Source of the DNA: a bacterium
GTDB taxonomy: Bacteria > Patescibacteriota > UBA1384 > CAILIB01
Assembly: GCA_037131105.1 (NCBI GenBank)
Contig: JBAXRQ010000001.1
Span: 637,465 to 701,464, forward strand
Direction: 5' to 3'
DNA: 64,000 nucleotides
The translations under genes were made by a program, and so were the position numbers. The notes beneath the pieces are model-generated. The model did no database searches. It was given only the letters and a program-made list of their open reading frames with translations, and was not told the DNA's origin. Below, piece after piece: positions 1 to 10,104 of this stretch; position 1 is the stretch's first letter; each line of letters starts with the position of its first letter.

Positions 1-618
1 CGTGGGATCGAACTCCATCTGGTGCGCCTTCTCCAAGCTGGACAGCTTCCATTCCAGGTCAGAGACGATCTGATCCTTGTACTGGTTATCGTGCTCCAGC
101 GCCTGAGCGAGCCCTAGCAGATCACCCAGCTTCTTCTGCCGTCGCACCGTGTCCTTGCGGTAGACAAACCAGTCTTCGTCCATGCTAAAGGCCAGAGCCG
201 GATAATCAGCCATAGCCAGCTGGATGTCGGCCAGCAGCTTCACCGAGTCCTCCAAAAGCTTCGGGGAGGCTTGGCACTGCTGAGCAGGAGTCCCCGTGAG
301 AAATGACTGGAGATTGACAGGGCAGCCCTCTAGGACCCAGGTCAGCTCGCCGGAGACGGTGGGATAGTACTGGCTGACCGGCAGGCCCTTCTTGTGCAGG
401 TGCACGACCAGCTCGGGCTCATGGGCTACCCGCTCAAGAGGAAAGGTCGAGGTGAACTCCTTGAGGATATATGTGGAGCCAGAACCAGTCTCCACTTTCC
501 AGACATGGCCGGTGGACGAGCCGGCAAGCTCTGTGGCGCCGGACACGTCAGAGATACCGTAGCGCTCGGCTAGGGTCTGGGCGATCTTTTCGGCGGTAAA
601 AATTGTAGGGACCCGCAT
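1..618 (-). CDS. N-terminal ~206 aa of a protein-kinase-like/phosphotransferase (APH or fructosamine-kinase-like) family protein; the gene runs out of the window at position 1
   Basis: Reverse-strand ATG at 616-618 opens a frame that stays open to position 1. My translation begins MRVPTIFTAEKIAQTLAERYG...GSTYILKEF, a Lys-containing motif typical of the kinase N-lobe. The catalytic HGD motif is not inside the window. Confidence 0.35.
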   Translation of the reverse strand, partial: MRVPTIFTAEKIAQTLAERYGISDVSGATELAGSSTGHVWKVETGSGSTYILKEFTSTFPLERVAHEPELVVHLHKKGLPVSQYYPTVSGELTWVLEGCPVNLQSFLTGTPAQQCQASPKLLEDSVKLLADIQLAMADYPALAFSMDEDWFVYRKDTVRRQKKLGDLLGLAQALEHDNQYKDQIVSDLEWKLSSLEKAHQMEFDPT

Positions 619-670
619 ATAGGCTATCTTAGCAAGATATCGCCACGGCGCGAATATGGATATATAATCG

Positions 671-1090
671 ATGCATATCACTAACCTCGTGCACATGGAC
701 GTAAACTACCTTGCAGTCGCCCTGGCCGCCCTATCAGCTTTCTTTCTAGGATTCCTTTGGTACACCGTCATCTTTGCCAAGCCCTGGATGGCTGAGATCG
801 GCATGAAGAACACCGACGGCAAGATGGAAGCACCGAACCTCGGTAAGCTGCTGGTCGGCTCATTCATCCTGGAGATCATCATGGCTTTCAACCTTGCCGC
901 CTTCATCGGCAAGGACGCCAGCTGGAGTTTTGGTCTGGGAGCCGGCCTTGCTGCGGGCCTTGGCTGGGTGGCACTGGCCTTCGGTGTTAACTATATGTTC
1001 GAAGGTAAGTCGTTCAAGCTCTGGCTGATCAACGCCGGCTACAACGTTGTGGTCTTTGCAGTCATGGGTCTGATCATCGGCGCCCTGTAA
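671..1090 (+). CDS. DUF1761-like small integral membrane protein
   Basis: 139 aa with 4 predicted TM helices and an LGFLWY motif typical of DUF1761 proteins. Confidence 0.45.
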   Translation: MHITNLVHMDVNYLAVALAALSAFFLGFLWYTVIFAKPWMAEIGMKNTDGKMEAPNLGKLLVGSFILEIIMAFNLAAFIGKDASWSFGLGAGLAAGLGWVALAFGVNYMFEGKSFKLWLINAGYNVVVFAVMGLIIGAL

Positions 1091-1091
1091 T

Positions 1092-1274
1092 ATGAACCCA
1101 CCAAGCCTCGCCGATGGTGACACCTGCACAGTCATAGGGGGTACACACAGAGGAAAATCCGGCGTCGTCAGAGACCTCAAGAAAAGCGCCACCGGCGCCA
1201 TAACCCTTACCGTGGTGCAGGCAGATGGCGAACGGTTCAAGACACTGGCAAGAAACGTTAGAGTAACCCGCTAG
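1092..1274 (+). CDS. small hypothetical protein with a KOW-like motif
   Basis: 60 aa containing GDTCTVIGGTHRGKSGVV. It starts 1 nt after the preceding stop and a terminator follows. Confidence 0.3.
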   Translation: MNPPSLADGDTCTVIGGTHRGKSGVVRDLKKSATGAITLTVVQADGERFKTLARNVRVTR

Positions 1275-1284
1275 AACCATCCGA

Positions 1285-1307
1285 AAACAGCCTCCCAGCT
1301 GTTTTTT
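1285..1307 (+). terminator. Rho-independent terminator
   Basis: aaaacagc-ctccca-gctgtttttt: 8-bp stem, 6-nt loop, T6 run. Confidence 0.6.
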
Positions 1308-1321
1308 GGTATAGTGCCACT

Positions 1322-2464
1322 ATGCATATCGACCGCCGTCTCAGAAAACTTGAGAAGCCATTCAAGACTCTTAACCGGGTCGAGGTCTCCCGTGCCGCCG
1401 TGCTTCATAATTTCGACATCTTTCAGTCATTGATGCCAAGTGGCAGCCTCATCCCCGTCCTCAAGGCCAACGCCTACGGCCACGGATTGGTGCAGATCGC
1501 CGAGATACTGAAGGGGCGCAGCTTTCCGTATATTGCGGTGGACGGGTATTTCGAGGCCTTGCACATACGACAGGTCTCTCCCCAGCCCATTCTGGTCATG
1601 GGGGCCATTATGCCTGAGAATTTTAAGAGTATTAGGTTCAAGGATTTTACTTTTGTGGTGCATGACCAGCAGACCATCCAGGCCCTGGCAGATACCGGCA
1701 AGAAGATGACCGTCCACATCGAGCTTGAGACCGGCATGTCCCGGCACGGAATTTCCCTTGAGAAATTACCTGGGATCTTGAACGTATTACAAAAGTATCC
1801 CAAGCTTCGGGTCGAGGGAGTCATGAGCCATCTGGCTGATTCGGACAATCCGGATGAAGGATTCACCAAGGCCCAAGCCACTCGCTTTGACGAAGGAGTC
1901 GAGATCATTTTGGCACACGGATTCACGCCGACTCTTTTCCACCTGGCCCAGACCGCAGGCAGCGCCAAGCCCTTCTCAAAGCATGCCAATGCCATTAGGC
2001 CAGGCATCGGGCTGTATGGGATGAATCCGCTGGAAGAATCTGATCCTCAGTATTCGAAGCTTACAGGCCTTAAACCAGCCCTCACTCTCAAGAGCACAGT
2101 TACCAAGATCGTCGAAGTAGAATCTGGTGAGACGGTCAGCTACAGCCGGACCTTCAAGGCCAAGAAATCCACCCGGATCGGCGTCATCCCGGTGGGATAC
2201 TATGAAGGTCTGCCGCGTGCGCTCAGCAACAAGGGTAGCGTACTATGTAAGGGCAAGCCCCTACCTATCGCCGGCAGGATCAATATGAACCATACGATGG
2301 TTGACCTTGGGGATCTGCCAGTTGAGGTTGGTGATGAGATAGCGGTATTGGGTGGAGATGCAGGTACCGCGAGCTCCATCCAGACGCTAACCAAGGATTT
2401 CGGCCTGTTCCCCTATGAGACACTGGTTCACATCAGCGAGAGCATCAGAAGGGTCATCGTATAA
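1322..2464 (+). CDS. alr: alanine racemase
   Basis: PLP-binding motif VLKANAYGHG, overall length of 380 aa, and a C-terminal beta domain. Confidence 0.9.
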   Translation: MHIDRRLRKLEKPFKTLNRVEVSRAAVLHNFDIFQSLMPSGSLIPVLKANAYGHGLVQIAEILKGRSFPYIAVDGYFEALHIRQVSPQPILVMGAIMPENFKSIRFKDFTFVVHDQQTIQALADTGKKMTVHIELETGMSRHGISLEKLPGILNVLQKYPKLRVEGVMSHLADSDNPDEGFTKAQATRFDEGVEIILAHGFTPTLFHLAQTAGSAKPFSKHANAIRPGIGLYGMNPLEESDPQYSKLTGLKPALTLKSTVTKIVEVESGETVSYSRTFKAKKSTRIGVIPVGYYEGLPRALSNKGSVLCKGKPLPIAGRINMNHTMVDLGDLPVEVGDEIAVLGGDAGTASSIQTLTKDFGLFPYETLVHISESIRRVIV

Positions 2465-2473
2465 TCGTCGGTT

Positions 2474-3061
2474 TTACCTCGTTACCCGTTTCTTAATATC
2501 GTCAAAAAATAGGCCATAGAGCTCCTGGATAACCGGATCGACTTTCACCAGCCGGTTAGTACTCTCAAACAGACTGTCGAGGACCGGCTGCTCTTCCTTG
2601 GTAAATACCCTCACATTCTCATTCAGGAACTGCAATTGCCCCTCTATCCGGTCCAAAGCTTTGAGTACCTTGGCCTCAACGGTCTTCTGCTCTTCAAACT
2701 CCATCCAGAGGGCATGTATCTCATCACTGTCGTTTCCTAGCGCGTTCCGGATGCTTTCCATGGCCTGGGATTCCTGCTCCTTTTTTTGGGTTCGCCTATC
2801 ATGATTGGCAATGTGCTCCAGCACCGAAACATCCTTCGCCTCGATCTCCACAAGGTCGTGGATAACCGCCATTTTCAACGTTTTCAAAAGATCGATGCGC
2901 ACCGACAGTTTCGACTCAATGAGAATCAGCAGTAGGCTGAGGCTCCAGCAATGTTCGGCCACACTTTCAGGCGTACCGTTACTCTTCGAGCTGCGGCGCA
3001 GCTCGGTCTTCAGCCCTTCGGCATAGCGCATGAAGTCGATGATTTTCTGGGTGTCGCTCAT
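2474..3061 (-). CDS. HD-domain hydrolase, YfbR/HDDC2-like 5'-deoxynucleotidase
   Basis: ESVAEHCW...AVIHDLVEIEAKD HD motif pattern of the YfbR family. Confidence 0.7.
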   Translation of the reverse strand: MSDTQKIIDFMRYAEGLKTELRRSSKSNGTPESVAEHCWSLSLLLILIESKLSVRIDLLKTLKMAVIHDLVEIEAKDVSVLEHIANHDRRTQKKEQESQAMESIRNALGNDSDEIHALWMEFEEQKTVEAKVLKALDRIEGQLQFLNENVRVFTKEEQPVLDSLFESTNRLVKVDPVIQELYGLFFDDIKKRVTR

Positions 3062-3069
3062 AACCTCTT

Positions 3070-3654
3070 CTAGCTACCGAATAGCTTCTTTAGAAAACGG
3101 TAGTCGCCCTCCATTTCCTGCTTCACCTCCTCAAACTGCAGCTTGTCATTCCAGTCGCGCTCAATTTTACTGAGAGCCCACGCCTTAATCTTCTGAAGCT
3201 CCTTCCCCTCCTTGCCACCGGAATATGTGGCAAACAAATAGAAATCCCCAGCCAGGTGCACGCATGAATCAGCCGTGGCTAGCACCTTACCTTCCGGACT
3301 TTTGGGCGCATTCCCGTCGTAGCACGAGTGGTTGGCTATGGCATCCCCGATCACGATTTCCATTTCCACTTCGGTAAAGCCTGCTTCCTCGAGGATTTCC
3401 TTTGCCATCTTGTCAGTCTCCTCCTCATGACGCTCATCGTCCCGCTTCATCACCGAATCAGCGAGATCATGTAGTAATGCAGCTGCTCGAGAGAGTTCCG
3501 CATTTGCTCCGAATCGTTCAGCCAGCTCGGTCGCCTTGTCGGCCACCAGGAACACATGTCCGGCATACATCCAGTCGGCCCAGTCAGCCCTGCCCGGATG
3601 CTTGGCCAGATACTGCTCTTTGACCCGCTCTTCTACCACTGAGATCCTGCTCAT
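3070..3654 (-). CDS. HD-domain phosphohydrolase
   Basis: His-Asp pair (GHVFLVADKA...LLHDLAD); 194 aa; in tandem with the preceding HD gene. Confidence 0.65.
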   Translation of the reverse strand: MSRISVVEERVKEQYLAKHPGRADWADWMYAGHVFLVADKATELAERFGANAELSRAAALLHDLADSVMKRDDERHEEETDKMAKEILEEAGFTEVEMEIVIGDAIANHSCYDGNAPKSPEGKVLATADSCVHLAGDFYLFATYSGGKEGKELQKIKAWALSKIERDWNDKLQFEEVKQEMEGDYRFLKKLFGS

Positions 3655-3802
3655 AGTGTGAAAGATTATGTTCTGCGCCTAATCTTACCTATTCTTTTAC
3701 CTTCCTGCTATACTCCCCACTGCCTGATGTCACTTTTTCCAACTGAAATGAAAGAAGGCCCGCCGATGCTATACGGCGAGCCTTCCCGGACTGTGTCCTT
3801 CC

Positions 3803-4225
3803 CTAGTTCCTTGCGACGATATCTTCACGGATTGGCGTCGAATCGCATCCTTCGCCTGTTAGCACGTTTACGCAAAGACCTGACTGGTTGTAGACGGCAT
3901 GTTCGAGCGTCCACTCCCATTGTTCACAGCGCAGCTTTCCAGAAACTGACACTCTGGGAAAGAAATTGCCATCTGGCCTAATAAGCACAGAGCCGTCTAT
4001 CCTTTGCTCACTCGAGGAATCCTCGGCCATGGTGACAACTACCCCCTCAAAAGCATACCGGTACTCACCAGCATCTGATTCGGCCTCCTCGTCCCTGCAA
4101 CGCACCTGGGTAAGCTTCAAAGAACTGAGATAACCCCTCTTATGCCTGTAGGCCAGTACCTGCGCCACTGCGTCATCGACAATCCGATGAGCCAACAGGA
4201 CGCCCTTAGTCAACTGAATCTTCAT
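3803..4225 (-). CDS. hypothetical protein, possibly a PUA/ASCH-like fold
   Basis: Start chosen at MKIQLTKG, preceded by a GGGAGGGAG Shine-Dalgarno. The longer ORF continues upstream only through non-coding-looking sequence. Confidence 0.45.
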   Translation of the reverse strand: MKIQLTKGVLLAHRIVDDAVAQVLAYRHKRGYLSSLKLTQVRCRDEEAESDAGEYRYAFEGVVVTMAEDSSSEQRIDGSVLIRPDGNFFPRVSVSGKLRCEQWEWTLEHAVYNQSGLCVNVLTGEGCDSTPIREDIVARN

Positions 4226-4653
4226 AACTCCCTCCCGTATCAGGAAGCGTACTGTGCAGTATGGATTTACACAACACGTCTGCCGTATCAGCAGAGAATT
4301 ACCAGGAGGATGTCCGGGCAATTCACTACTGAAAGCGATGGCTTATCATAGGCAATAGTAAGCGAACTGTCAAGATGGCCACCCTATCGGCATACCCTTC
4401 ACTTTTCTACATTTCTGATACCTTATCGCCCCGATTGCCGCGTGCAATAGGACCGTAAGCACGAAAACACCGGTTCTTTTGTCACTACATGAAAGTAACT
4501 GGGCCATAAACATGTCGCTAAGGATGAGCTTTCTGATCTGAAGATTCAATAATTGCTTCTGGGGAGATATCCGTAGAAAGGATTTCAAACAGAAACAGGA
4601 GGCACCTCTCGGTACCTCCTGCCACAATTACACCCTCACTTAATCGCTCGGTA

Positions 4654-5322
4654 TTAATCCCGCTCTCGCCAGTCCTTGCCCTGGGGCGGGACATACGTCA
4701 AGTACTCGCAAAACGCCTTCATCCACCGCCACGGGCCATACCCGCTACCAAGACTGACATGTCGGGCGCCATCCAAGATATACAGTTCGGCTCCCAGGCG
4801 CTCAGCAAATGCAGCGAAATGGTCTTCTCCGCCATAGAAGTCGTTTTCACCGCAGATCATCCACGTCTTGCCTCCGCCGCCCACGGCAGTACGGATCCAG
4901 CCCGCCTGAGCCTTGCTTGGCGGTATGAAGTCGCGCACGCAGGGAGGCATTCCACCCGGAACCATACCTGGGGAGATATAGCAGGGCGAGACAAAGATGA
5001 TCCGGTCGGCGACAAAACTTTGGCTTCTCAGCCTGGCGAGTGCGTGCATAAGGGCCACGGCACCGAGGCTGAATCCAATGATGGTGACATCTTTCCAGTG
5101 GGGCAGCCCCTTCAGGATGTTCACGATATCTGCAACCCATTTCTGGAGATTCGGATTCTTGGGTCGCACCAGGTTTGGATATATCACCGTATGCCCTGCT
5201 GCGATAAGTTCCGCCGCCAAATCGTTCAACCAGGTGTCGACGCCGTCATCGTTCGGCTTGCCCTTCCCACCGAGGCCATGAAGCAGGACATAGGTCCTTT
5301 TCTTCTCTGTGCTGATCGCCAT
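4654..5322 (-). CDS. alpha/beta-hydrolase, RBBP9/YdeN-like serine hydrolase
   Basis: GFSLG nucleophile elbow (G-x-S-x-G); ~220 aa, consistent with the YdeN/RBBP9 family. Confidence 0.65.
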   Translation of the reverse strand: MAISTEKKRTYVLLHGLGGKGKPNDDGVDTWLNDLAAELIAAGHTVIYPNLVRPKNPNLQKWVADIVNILKGLPHWKDVTIIGFSLGAVALMHALARLRSQSFVADRIIFVSPCYISPGMVPGGMPPCVRDFIPPSKAQAGWIRTAVGGGGKTWMICGENDFYGGEDHFAAFAERLGAELYILDGARHVSLGSGYGPWRWMKAFCEYLTYVPPQGKDWRERD

Positions 5323-5460
5323 ATTCTCTCACGCTCCATTCATATGATGTCAGCTAACATAGGTAAACCGATCACGACAGACAATACCAGATTATAATCA
5401 TTTTTCAACCCTGGCATAGTACTTTTGATATAGTGATAACGCCATACCTAACTTTTTCCC

Positions 5461-5826
5461 ATGAAACCCCATACCGGCCAGTGCCTCTGCGGATCCGTGA
5501 AATACACCCTTCCGGGTGAGCTTTCCGGCGTAATCAGCTGCCACTGCAAGGACTGCCAGCGCCTGCACGGCATCTACAACCCCATGGTAGTCGTCCCCCG
5601 GAACGATCTCATTCTTACTGAGGAGAAGGGACTGGCCTGGTATCCGAGCTCAGAGGAGAGTGAACGCGGCTTCTGCAAGAAATGCGGGTCAGCCCTGTTT
5701 ATGCGTACCGAGGCTAGGGCCCTGGTATCCGCCGGCAGCTTGGACGACCCGACGGGACTTAAAAATCTCAAAAATATCTTTACCGACGACGCAGGAGAAT
5801 ATTACGATCTTCCCGCCGAAGCGTAA
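5461..5826 (+). CDS. GFA (glutathione-dependent formaldehyde-activating enzyme-like/CENP-V) family zinc protein
   Basis: Cys ligands CLCGSV, CHCKDCQR and CKKCGS, as in GFA-domain proteins. Confidence 0.7.
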   Translation: MKPHTGQCLCGSVKYTLPGELSGVISCHCKDCQRLHGIYNPMVVVPRNDLILTEEKGLAWYPSSEESERGFCKKCGSALFMRTEARALVSAGSLDDPTGLKNLKNIFTDDAGEYYDLPAEA

Positions 5827-5897
5827 AGCGCTCATTCGCAAAACCGACGCCTGGCCAGAAGCCAGACGCCGGTCGACGGTTACCCCCCATAGCCAAT

Positions 5898-6620
5898 TTA
5901 ACCAAGCGGCGCTTCAATATACTGCCTGTGGCGTTCCTGGATGGCCAGGGTATTGGCGTCCTGCTGGGCCCGGCGCACCGGATCGGTAGATATCTGCTCC
6001 CCGTGCATGCGATAGACCATAAGTGGCTGATCAATATAAAGGAAGCTGCGACGACGATCGGACAGCGAGAGCCAGAGGTCATAGTCAACGGCTGACTGCA
6101 GCTCTTCATTGTATCCCACCTCTACCACCAACTCACGGCGGTACACCACCGACCCGTGCGGGATATGGTTCTTGGTATACAGAAGCTCACGGTCGTAGAC
6201 CTGCCAGGACTTCCAAATAAAGAAGTCGTAGGTCCCGTCATTCACGCAGTAGATAGTACTATAGAAAACGTCGACGTCGGGATTAGCCTCGATGGCTGCT
6301 GCCATAGTCTGAAGCCTGAGAGGCAGATTGATATCGTCCGAGTCTGCCACTGCCACCCAATCGGCCCGGGCCTCACGATTACCTAGGTTACGCGAGGCAG
6401 AGATCCCCGGCTTTCCCTCGTTCTTGATATATCTAAAACGCGGCTCATTGAACCCACCGACCGTCGCCGCGATATCCTCAGTGCTGTGGTCGTCGACAAT
6501 GACACACTCCCAGTCGGCAAAGGTCTGCCGCTGCAGCGACTTCAGGGCCTGGGCCAGAAAGTCCGGTCGGTTCTTCACACATATGACCACCGAGATACGC
6601 GGCTTCTCTGTTGATTCCAT
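5898..6620 (-). CDS. family 2 glycosyltransferase
   Basis: N-terminal ISVVICVKNR...DDHSTED GT-A/DxD signature. Confidence 0.8.
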   Translation of the reverse strand: MESTEKPRISVVICVKNRPDFLAQALKSLQRQTFADWECVIVDDHSTEDIAATVGGFNEPRFRYIKNEGKPGISASRNLGNREARADWVAVADSDDINLPLRLQTMAAAIEANPDVDVFYSTIYCVNDGTYDFFIWKSWQVYDRELLYTKNHIPHGSVVYRRELVVEVGYNEELQSAVDYDLWLSLSDRRRSFLYIDQPLMVYRMHGEQISTDPVRRAQQDANTLAIQERHRQYIEAPLG

Positions 6621-6739
6621 AGAAAAAGACTAGGTATGTACCGGCTCACCATACCGTAATCACTAGGAAATTGCATTAGATGCGTGCAACTGTCCCCACT
6701 CTTCCCTATAATGAAGGTCAATCGCGAACCGCACCGACT

Positions 6740-7801
6740 ATGAAGATCGCTCTCCTGGCCCCTGCCGAACACCTCGTCCCGCCCATTACCTACGGTGGGA
6801 AGGAGTTGGTGATAGCCGAACTAGCCAATGGGCTGGTGGAAGCCGGCCACGAGGTGCATCTGTACGCCGCTCAAGGCTCTCAAACCAAGGCTACGCTGCA
6901 TAGCATAGCGGAGCAGACCATTCCAGCCCTTCTTGCAGACCTGGGTGAGTCAGAGAATCATAAGCTACACCTGGCCTACAGCCAGTCTGTATGTGCTAGG
7001 ACAGTGGAGATGGTTCGCGGCGAATCATATGACATCATCCACAACCACCAGCACTGGCAGTACGCCACCCTGGCTCATCTTTTTGACTGTCCACTGGTCA
7101 CCACGTGGCATACCGACCTGCGGGAGCAGTACGCACGCATGCTGGAAGAAATGTATCCTCATGGCAATTATGTCTCTATATCCGACAGCCAGCGCCGCGC
7201 CCGTCCCGGCATGCATTTTCTGGCCACAGCCTATAACGGCATCGAGATGGATATCTACCCTTTCAATCCCGACCCGCAGGATTACCTGGCGTTTCTAGGA
7301 AGGATCTCACCTGACAAAGGCGTGGTGCAGGCAATAGACACGGCTATAGCTGCCAGTATCAGACTGAAGATCGGCGGCTACATCGCTCCAGCCGAACGGA
7401 CTTATTTTGAGAATGAAATCAGGCCTCGTATTGACGGCGACAGGATCCAGTTCCTGGGCGAGATGAACCATTCCCAAAAAGTGGAGCTGCTTGGTGGTGC
7501 GCAGGCGGTGCTCGGCCTGGTACAATGGGAGGAGCCCTTCGGTATGTTCGTGGTCGAGGCCCTGGCCTGCGGTACTCCGGTCATCGCCACCCGCCGCGGC
7601 GCCATTCCCGAGATACTAGAAGACCGCCGAAACGGGTTTATAGTAGAAAACACTATCGAAGCTGCAGTGGGAGCCATCAAGAGGATCGGCGAGATCAGTC
7701 GCCAAGAATGCCGCTCAAGCGTGGAGCAGCGTTTCAGCGCCTCCAGCATGACCACAGCCTACGAAGCAGTCTACCACTCACTGACCAGCCCTAACCGTTA
7801 G
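6740..7801 (+). CDS. family 4 (GT-B) glycosyltransferase
   Basis: EEPFGMFVVEALACGTPVIATRRGAIPEIL GT4 C-terminal motif. Start chosen at MKIALLAP; the ORF could begin 60 nt upstream at 6680. Confidence 0.8.
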   Translation: MKIALLAPAEHLVPPITYGGKELVIAELANGLVEAGHEVHLYAAQGSQTKATLHSIAEQTIPALLADLGESENHKLHLAYSQSVCARTVEMVRGESYDIIHNHQHWQYATLAHLFDCPLVTTWHTDLREQYARMLEEMYPHGNYVSISDSQRRARPGMHFLATAYNGIEMDIYPFNPDPQDYLAFLGRISPDKGVVQAIDTAIAASIRLKIGGYIAPAERTYFENEIRPRIDGDRIQFLGEMNHSQKVELLGGAQAVLGLVQWEEPFGMFVVEALACGTPVIATRRGAIPEILEDRRNGFIVENTIEAAVGAIKRIGEISRQECRSSVEQRFSASSMTTAYEAVYHSLTSPNR

Positions 7802-7803
7802 CC

Positions 7804-8598
7804 ATGCCCAGCATCAGCGCCATCCTGCCCTGCTACAACCAAGGAGCCTTCTTGGATGAGGCGGTGCAGAGCCTGTTGGCCCAGAGCCTGGTGCCTGATG
7901 AGATCATCATCATTGATGACGGCTCCACTGAACCTGAGACGCTAGCAGTACTGGAAAAATCCTCCTGGCCCAAGACCCGGGTCATCCGCCAGGACAATGC
8001 CGGAGTATCTGCCGCCCGCAATGCCGGCATATCTGACTCGAAGGGAGACTATATAGTAAACCTAGACAGTGACGACAGGTTCGACCCGACGTTCCTAGAA
8101 AAAGCCTCCCAAATCCTGGACTCAGACGAGAAGGTCGGTGCCGTGGGAAGCTGGGTAGAAGTATTCGGCTCCCGCACCGGCACCTGGAAGCCCGTCGGCG
8201 GAACGACGGCTGACTTTCTGAGTGAAAACCAGTGCACCTCAAACAACCTGTTCCGTCGCACTTTCTGGGAAAAAACCGGAGGCTTCGATGAGACTATGAA
8301 AAAGGGTTTTGAGGACTGGGAGTTCTGGCTACACGGTACTTCTCTAGGCTGGTCAGTGAGCATCATCCCCGAGGTCCTGACCTTTTACCGAAAAAAGGAC
8401 GTCAAGTCAGGTATGGCCGTTGCTTATGAGAACAAGCCTGAGATCGTCGCTTACATCGCCAAGAAGCATCTGGCCCTGTACCAGGAGCACGTAGTACGGG
8501 TGCTTAAGGAAAAAGAAGAGCTGGTGCAGCGGGTATATAACTCTCCAGTGTACACGGCAGGACTGGAAGTACTCGGCAAAAACCATCCCCTTTCTTGA
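7804..8598 (+). CDS. family 2 glycosyltransferase
   Basis: SAILPCYNQ...IIIIDDGSTE...DSDD GT2 motifs; starts 3 nt after the GT4 stop. Confidence 0.8.
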   Translation: MPSISAILPCYNQGAFLDEAVQSLLAQSLVPDEIIIIDDGSTEPETLAVLEKSSWPKTRVIRQDNAGVSAARNAGISDSKGDYIVNLDSDDRFDPTFLEKASQILDSDEKVGAVGSWVEVFGSRTGTWKPVGGTTADFLSENQCTSNNLFRRTFWEKTGGFDETMKKGFEDWEFWLHGTSLGWSVSIIPEVLTFYRKKDVKSGMAVAYENKPEIVAYIAKKHLALYQEHVVRVLKEKEELVQRVYNSPVYTAGLEVLGKNHPLS

Positions 8599-8602
8599 GG
8601 TC

Positions 8603-9325
8603 ATGCACCCCCTGTACCACGTCTCCCACCGTTCCGCCGGAAACATGTCCTACCACCTTGGTGACGAGAAGGAGACCTCCGCAAATCGCACAGCGTTCAT
8701 AGCCCTCCAAAAGGTCCCCGCAGAGCAGGTTGTGGCCGCCCATCTCTCGGGAAATCGGCGCGTTCACGAGGTAGGCAGGCACCAATGGGGCGCCGGTGTC
8801 TTCAAAGCCGAAGACGCCGTTCCGGCCGACATCTTGGTCAGCAAGGACCCGGAGACCTTTCTCTTCATCAATGTGGCTGACTGCCTGGCCCTAGGGTTTT
8901 TTGACCGTGAGAACCATATCTGCGCCCTCACCCATGCCGGCTACCGGGGAGTGAGCCGACATATGCCGCGGCAGACCGTGGAGTGGATGGTGGATCATTA
9001 CGGTTCCAATCCCCAGAAGATCCACGTCCGCGTGTCGCCGGCCATCCACAAGGAATGCTACGCCTTCCCCGACCGCACCCTGTTTAGGGCTACCGCTTGG
9101 GACGAGTACCTCTACCCCGCCCTGGGTGGTGGCTTTCATGCTGACTGGATACGCTTCGCTCTGGACGAGCTGGCCAAATGCGGCATCCACAGTAGAAACA
9201 TCCAGCAGTCCCATTTCAACACCTACACCAACCATTATTTCTATTCCCACCAGCGCCAGATTGAGCAGAAGGCACTGGAAGAGCCTGAGAAGGGAAACTA
9301 CGGGGTACTGGCCGGCTGGGAGTAA
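8603..9325 (+). CDS. YfiH/PgeF family (DUF152; purine-nucleoside phosphorylase/peptidoglycan editing factor)
   Basis: NVADCLALGF...ICALTHAGYRGV matches the conserved Cys/His core of the YfiH family. Confidence 0.7.
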   Translation: MHPLYHVSHRSAGNMSYHLGDEKETSANRTAFIALQKVPAEQVVAAHLSGNRRVHEVGRHQWGAGVFKAEDAVPADILVSKDPETFLFINVADCLALGFFDRENHICALTHAGYRGVSRHMPRQTVEWMVDHYGSNPQKIHVRVSPAIHKECYAFPDRTLFRATAWDEYLYPALGGGFHADWIRFALDELAKCGIHSRNIQQSHFNTYTNHYFYSHQRQIEQKALEEPEKGNYGVLAGWE

Positions 9326-9362
9326 CAAAAAGAGCCGGCCGTTGAAATGATCAACGACCGGC
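9326..9362 (-). terminator. Rho-independent terminator for the minus-strand amidase gene
   Basis: GC-rich 12-bp stem with 1 mismatch (gccggccgttga/tcaacgaccggc); on the minus strand it is followed by TCTTTTTGTT. Confidence 0.5.
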
Positions 9363-9393
9363 CCCCGGACTCAACAACCGTCCTTCGGAACTC

Positions 9394-9948
9394 TTACGCG
9401 CGCAAGGCCTGCAATATCCGGATGAGGTACTTCAGATGAACGTCTACCTTCCCGTTCATCTTAAGGCAGAAAGCATCGATCATCTGGTGAGTAGCCAAGC
9501 CGTGGAAGCGAATTTCCTCGGTGCCAAGGCCTGTCACCCGGAAGTCGAGCTCAATGTCGTACTTCTCAATCAGATACTTTGCAAGCGCCACTACCCGCTC
9601 AAACTGAAGCTCATTCCCATCAAGATCGGCAGCGTTCTGCCCTTGGATCTCAATGCCGATGCAACTTTCGTTGCCTTCAGCTTTGGCATGCCGGCACCAG
9701 GTATGCGGCTCAGGGACGCACTGGATTATGTCACCATCCGCCATTACGGCAAACTGAACCGACAAAGGCTCGACACCCTCCCGATACAACAGACGGGACA
9801 GGTGCTCAATGCCGCCTTTTTCAATGGGCTCTTGCCACCAGTGAAACACTAAACAGGTCGACTTGATCGTCCTGTCCGGATCCACCCAATGGCATATGGG
9901 CGCCACTTGAATGTCCAAGCCCTCTTTTGGAGTATCCAAATCCCTCAC
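9394..9948 (-). CDS. N-acetylmuramoyl-L-alanine amidase (Amidase_2/PGRP fold)
   Basis: HWW...DGDIIQCVPE...HA...NESCIGIEIQG fits the Amidase_2 profile. Confidence 0.5.
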   Translation of the reverse strand: MRDLDTPKEGLDIQVAPICHWVDPDRTIKSTCLVFHWWQEPIEKGGIEHLSRLLYREGVEPLSVQFAVMADGDIIQCVPEPHTWCRHAKAEGNESCIGIEIQGQNAADLDGNELQFERVVALAKYLIEKYDIELDFRVTGLGTEEIRFHGLATHQMIDAFCLKMNGKVDVHLKYLIRILQALRA

Positions 9949-10104
9949 CTCTTCCTCTTCTCTGCTCCTGGCTCGCCAGGCACCTGTTTTTCTTCAATCA
10001 GGAATTAATGGGTGACAGTACCATTTTTCAGGTGAAATGTCAATTCACTAGCCCCACTTCCCTACCTTTTTGCTATAGTCATCCTAGTACCCGCTAACCT
10101 CCTT

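Noticed and set aside
1474-2007. 177-aa minus-strand ORF
   Set aside because: Antisense to alanine racemase; no start context
4370-4627. 85-aa minus-strand ORF in the 330-bp gap between two minus-strand genes
   Set aside because: No Shine-Dalgarno, and unusual composition (Leu/Ile/Lys-rich, unlike neighbours). More likely non-coding regulatory space.
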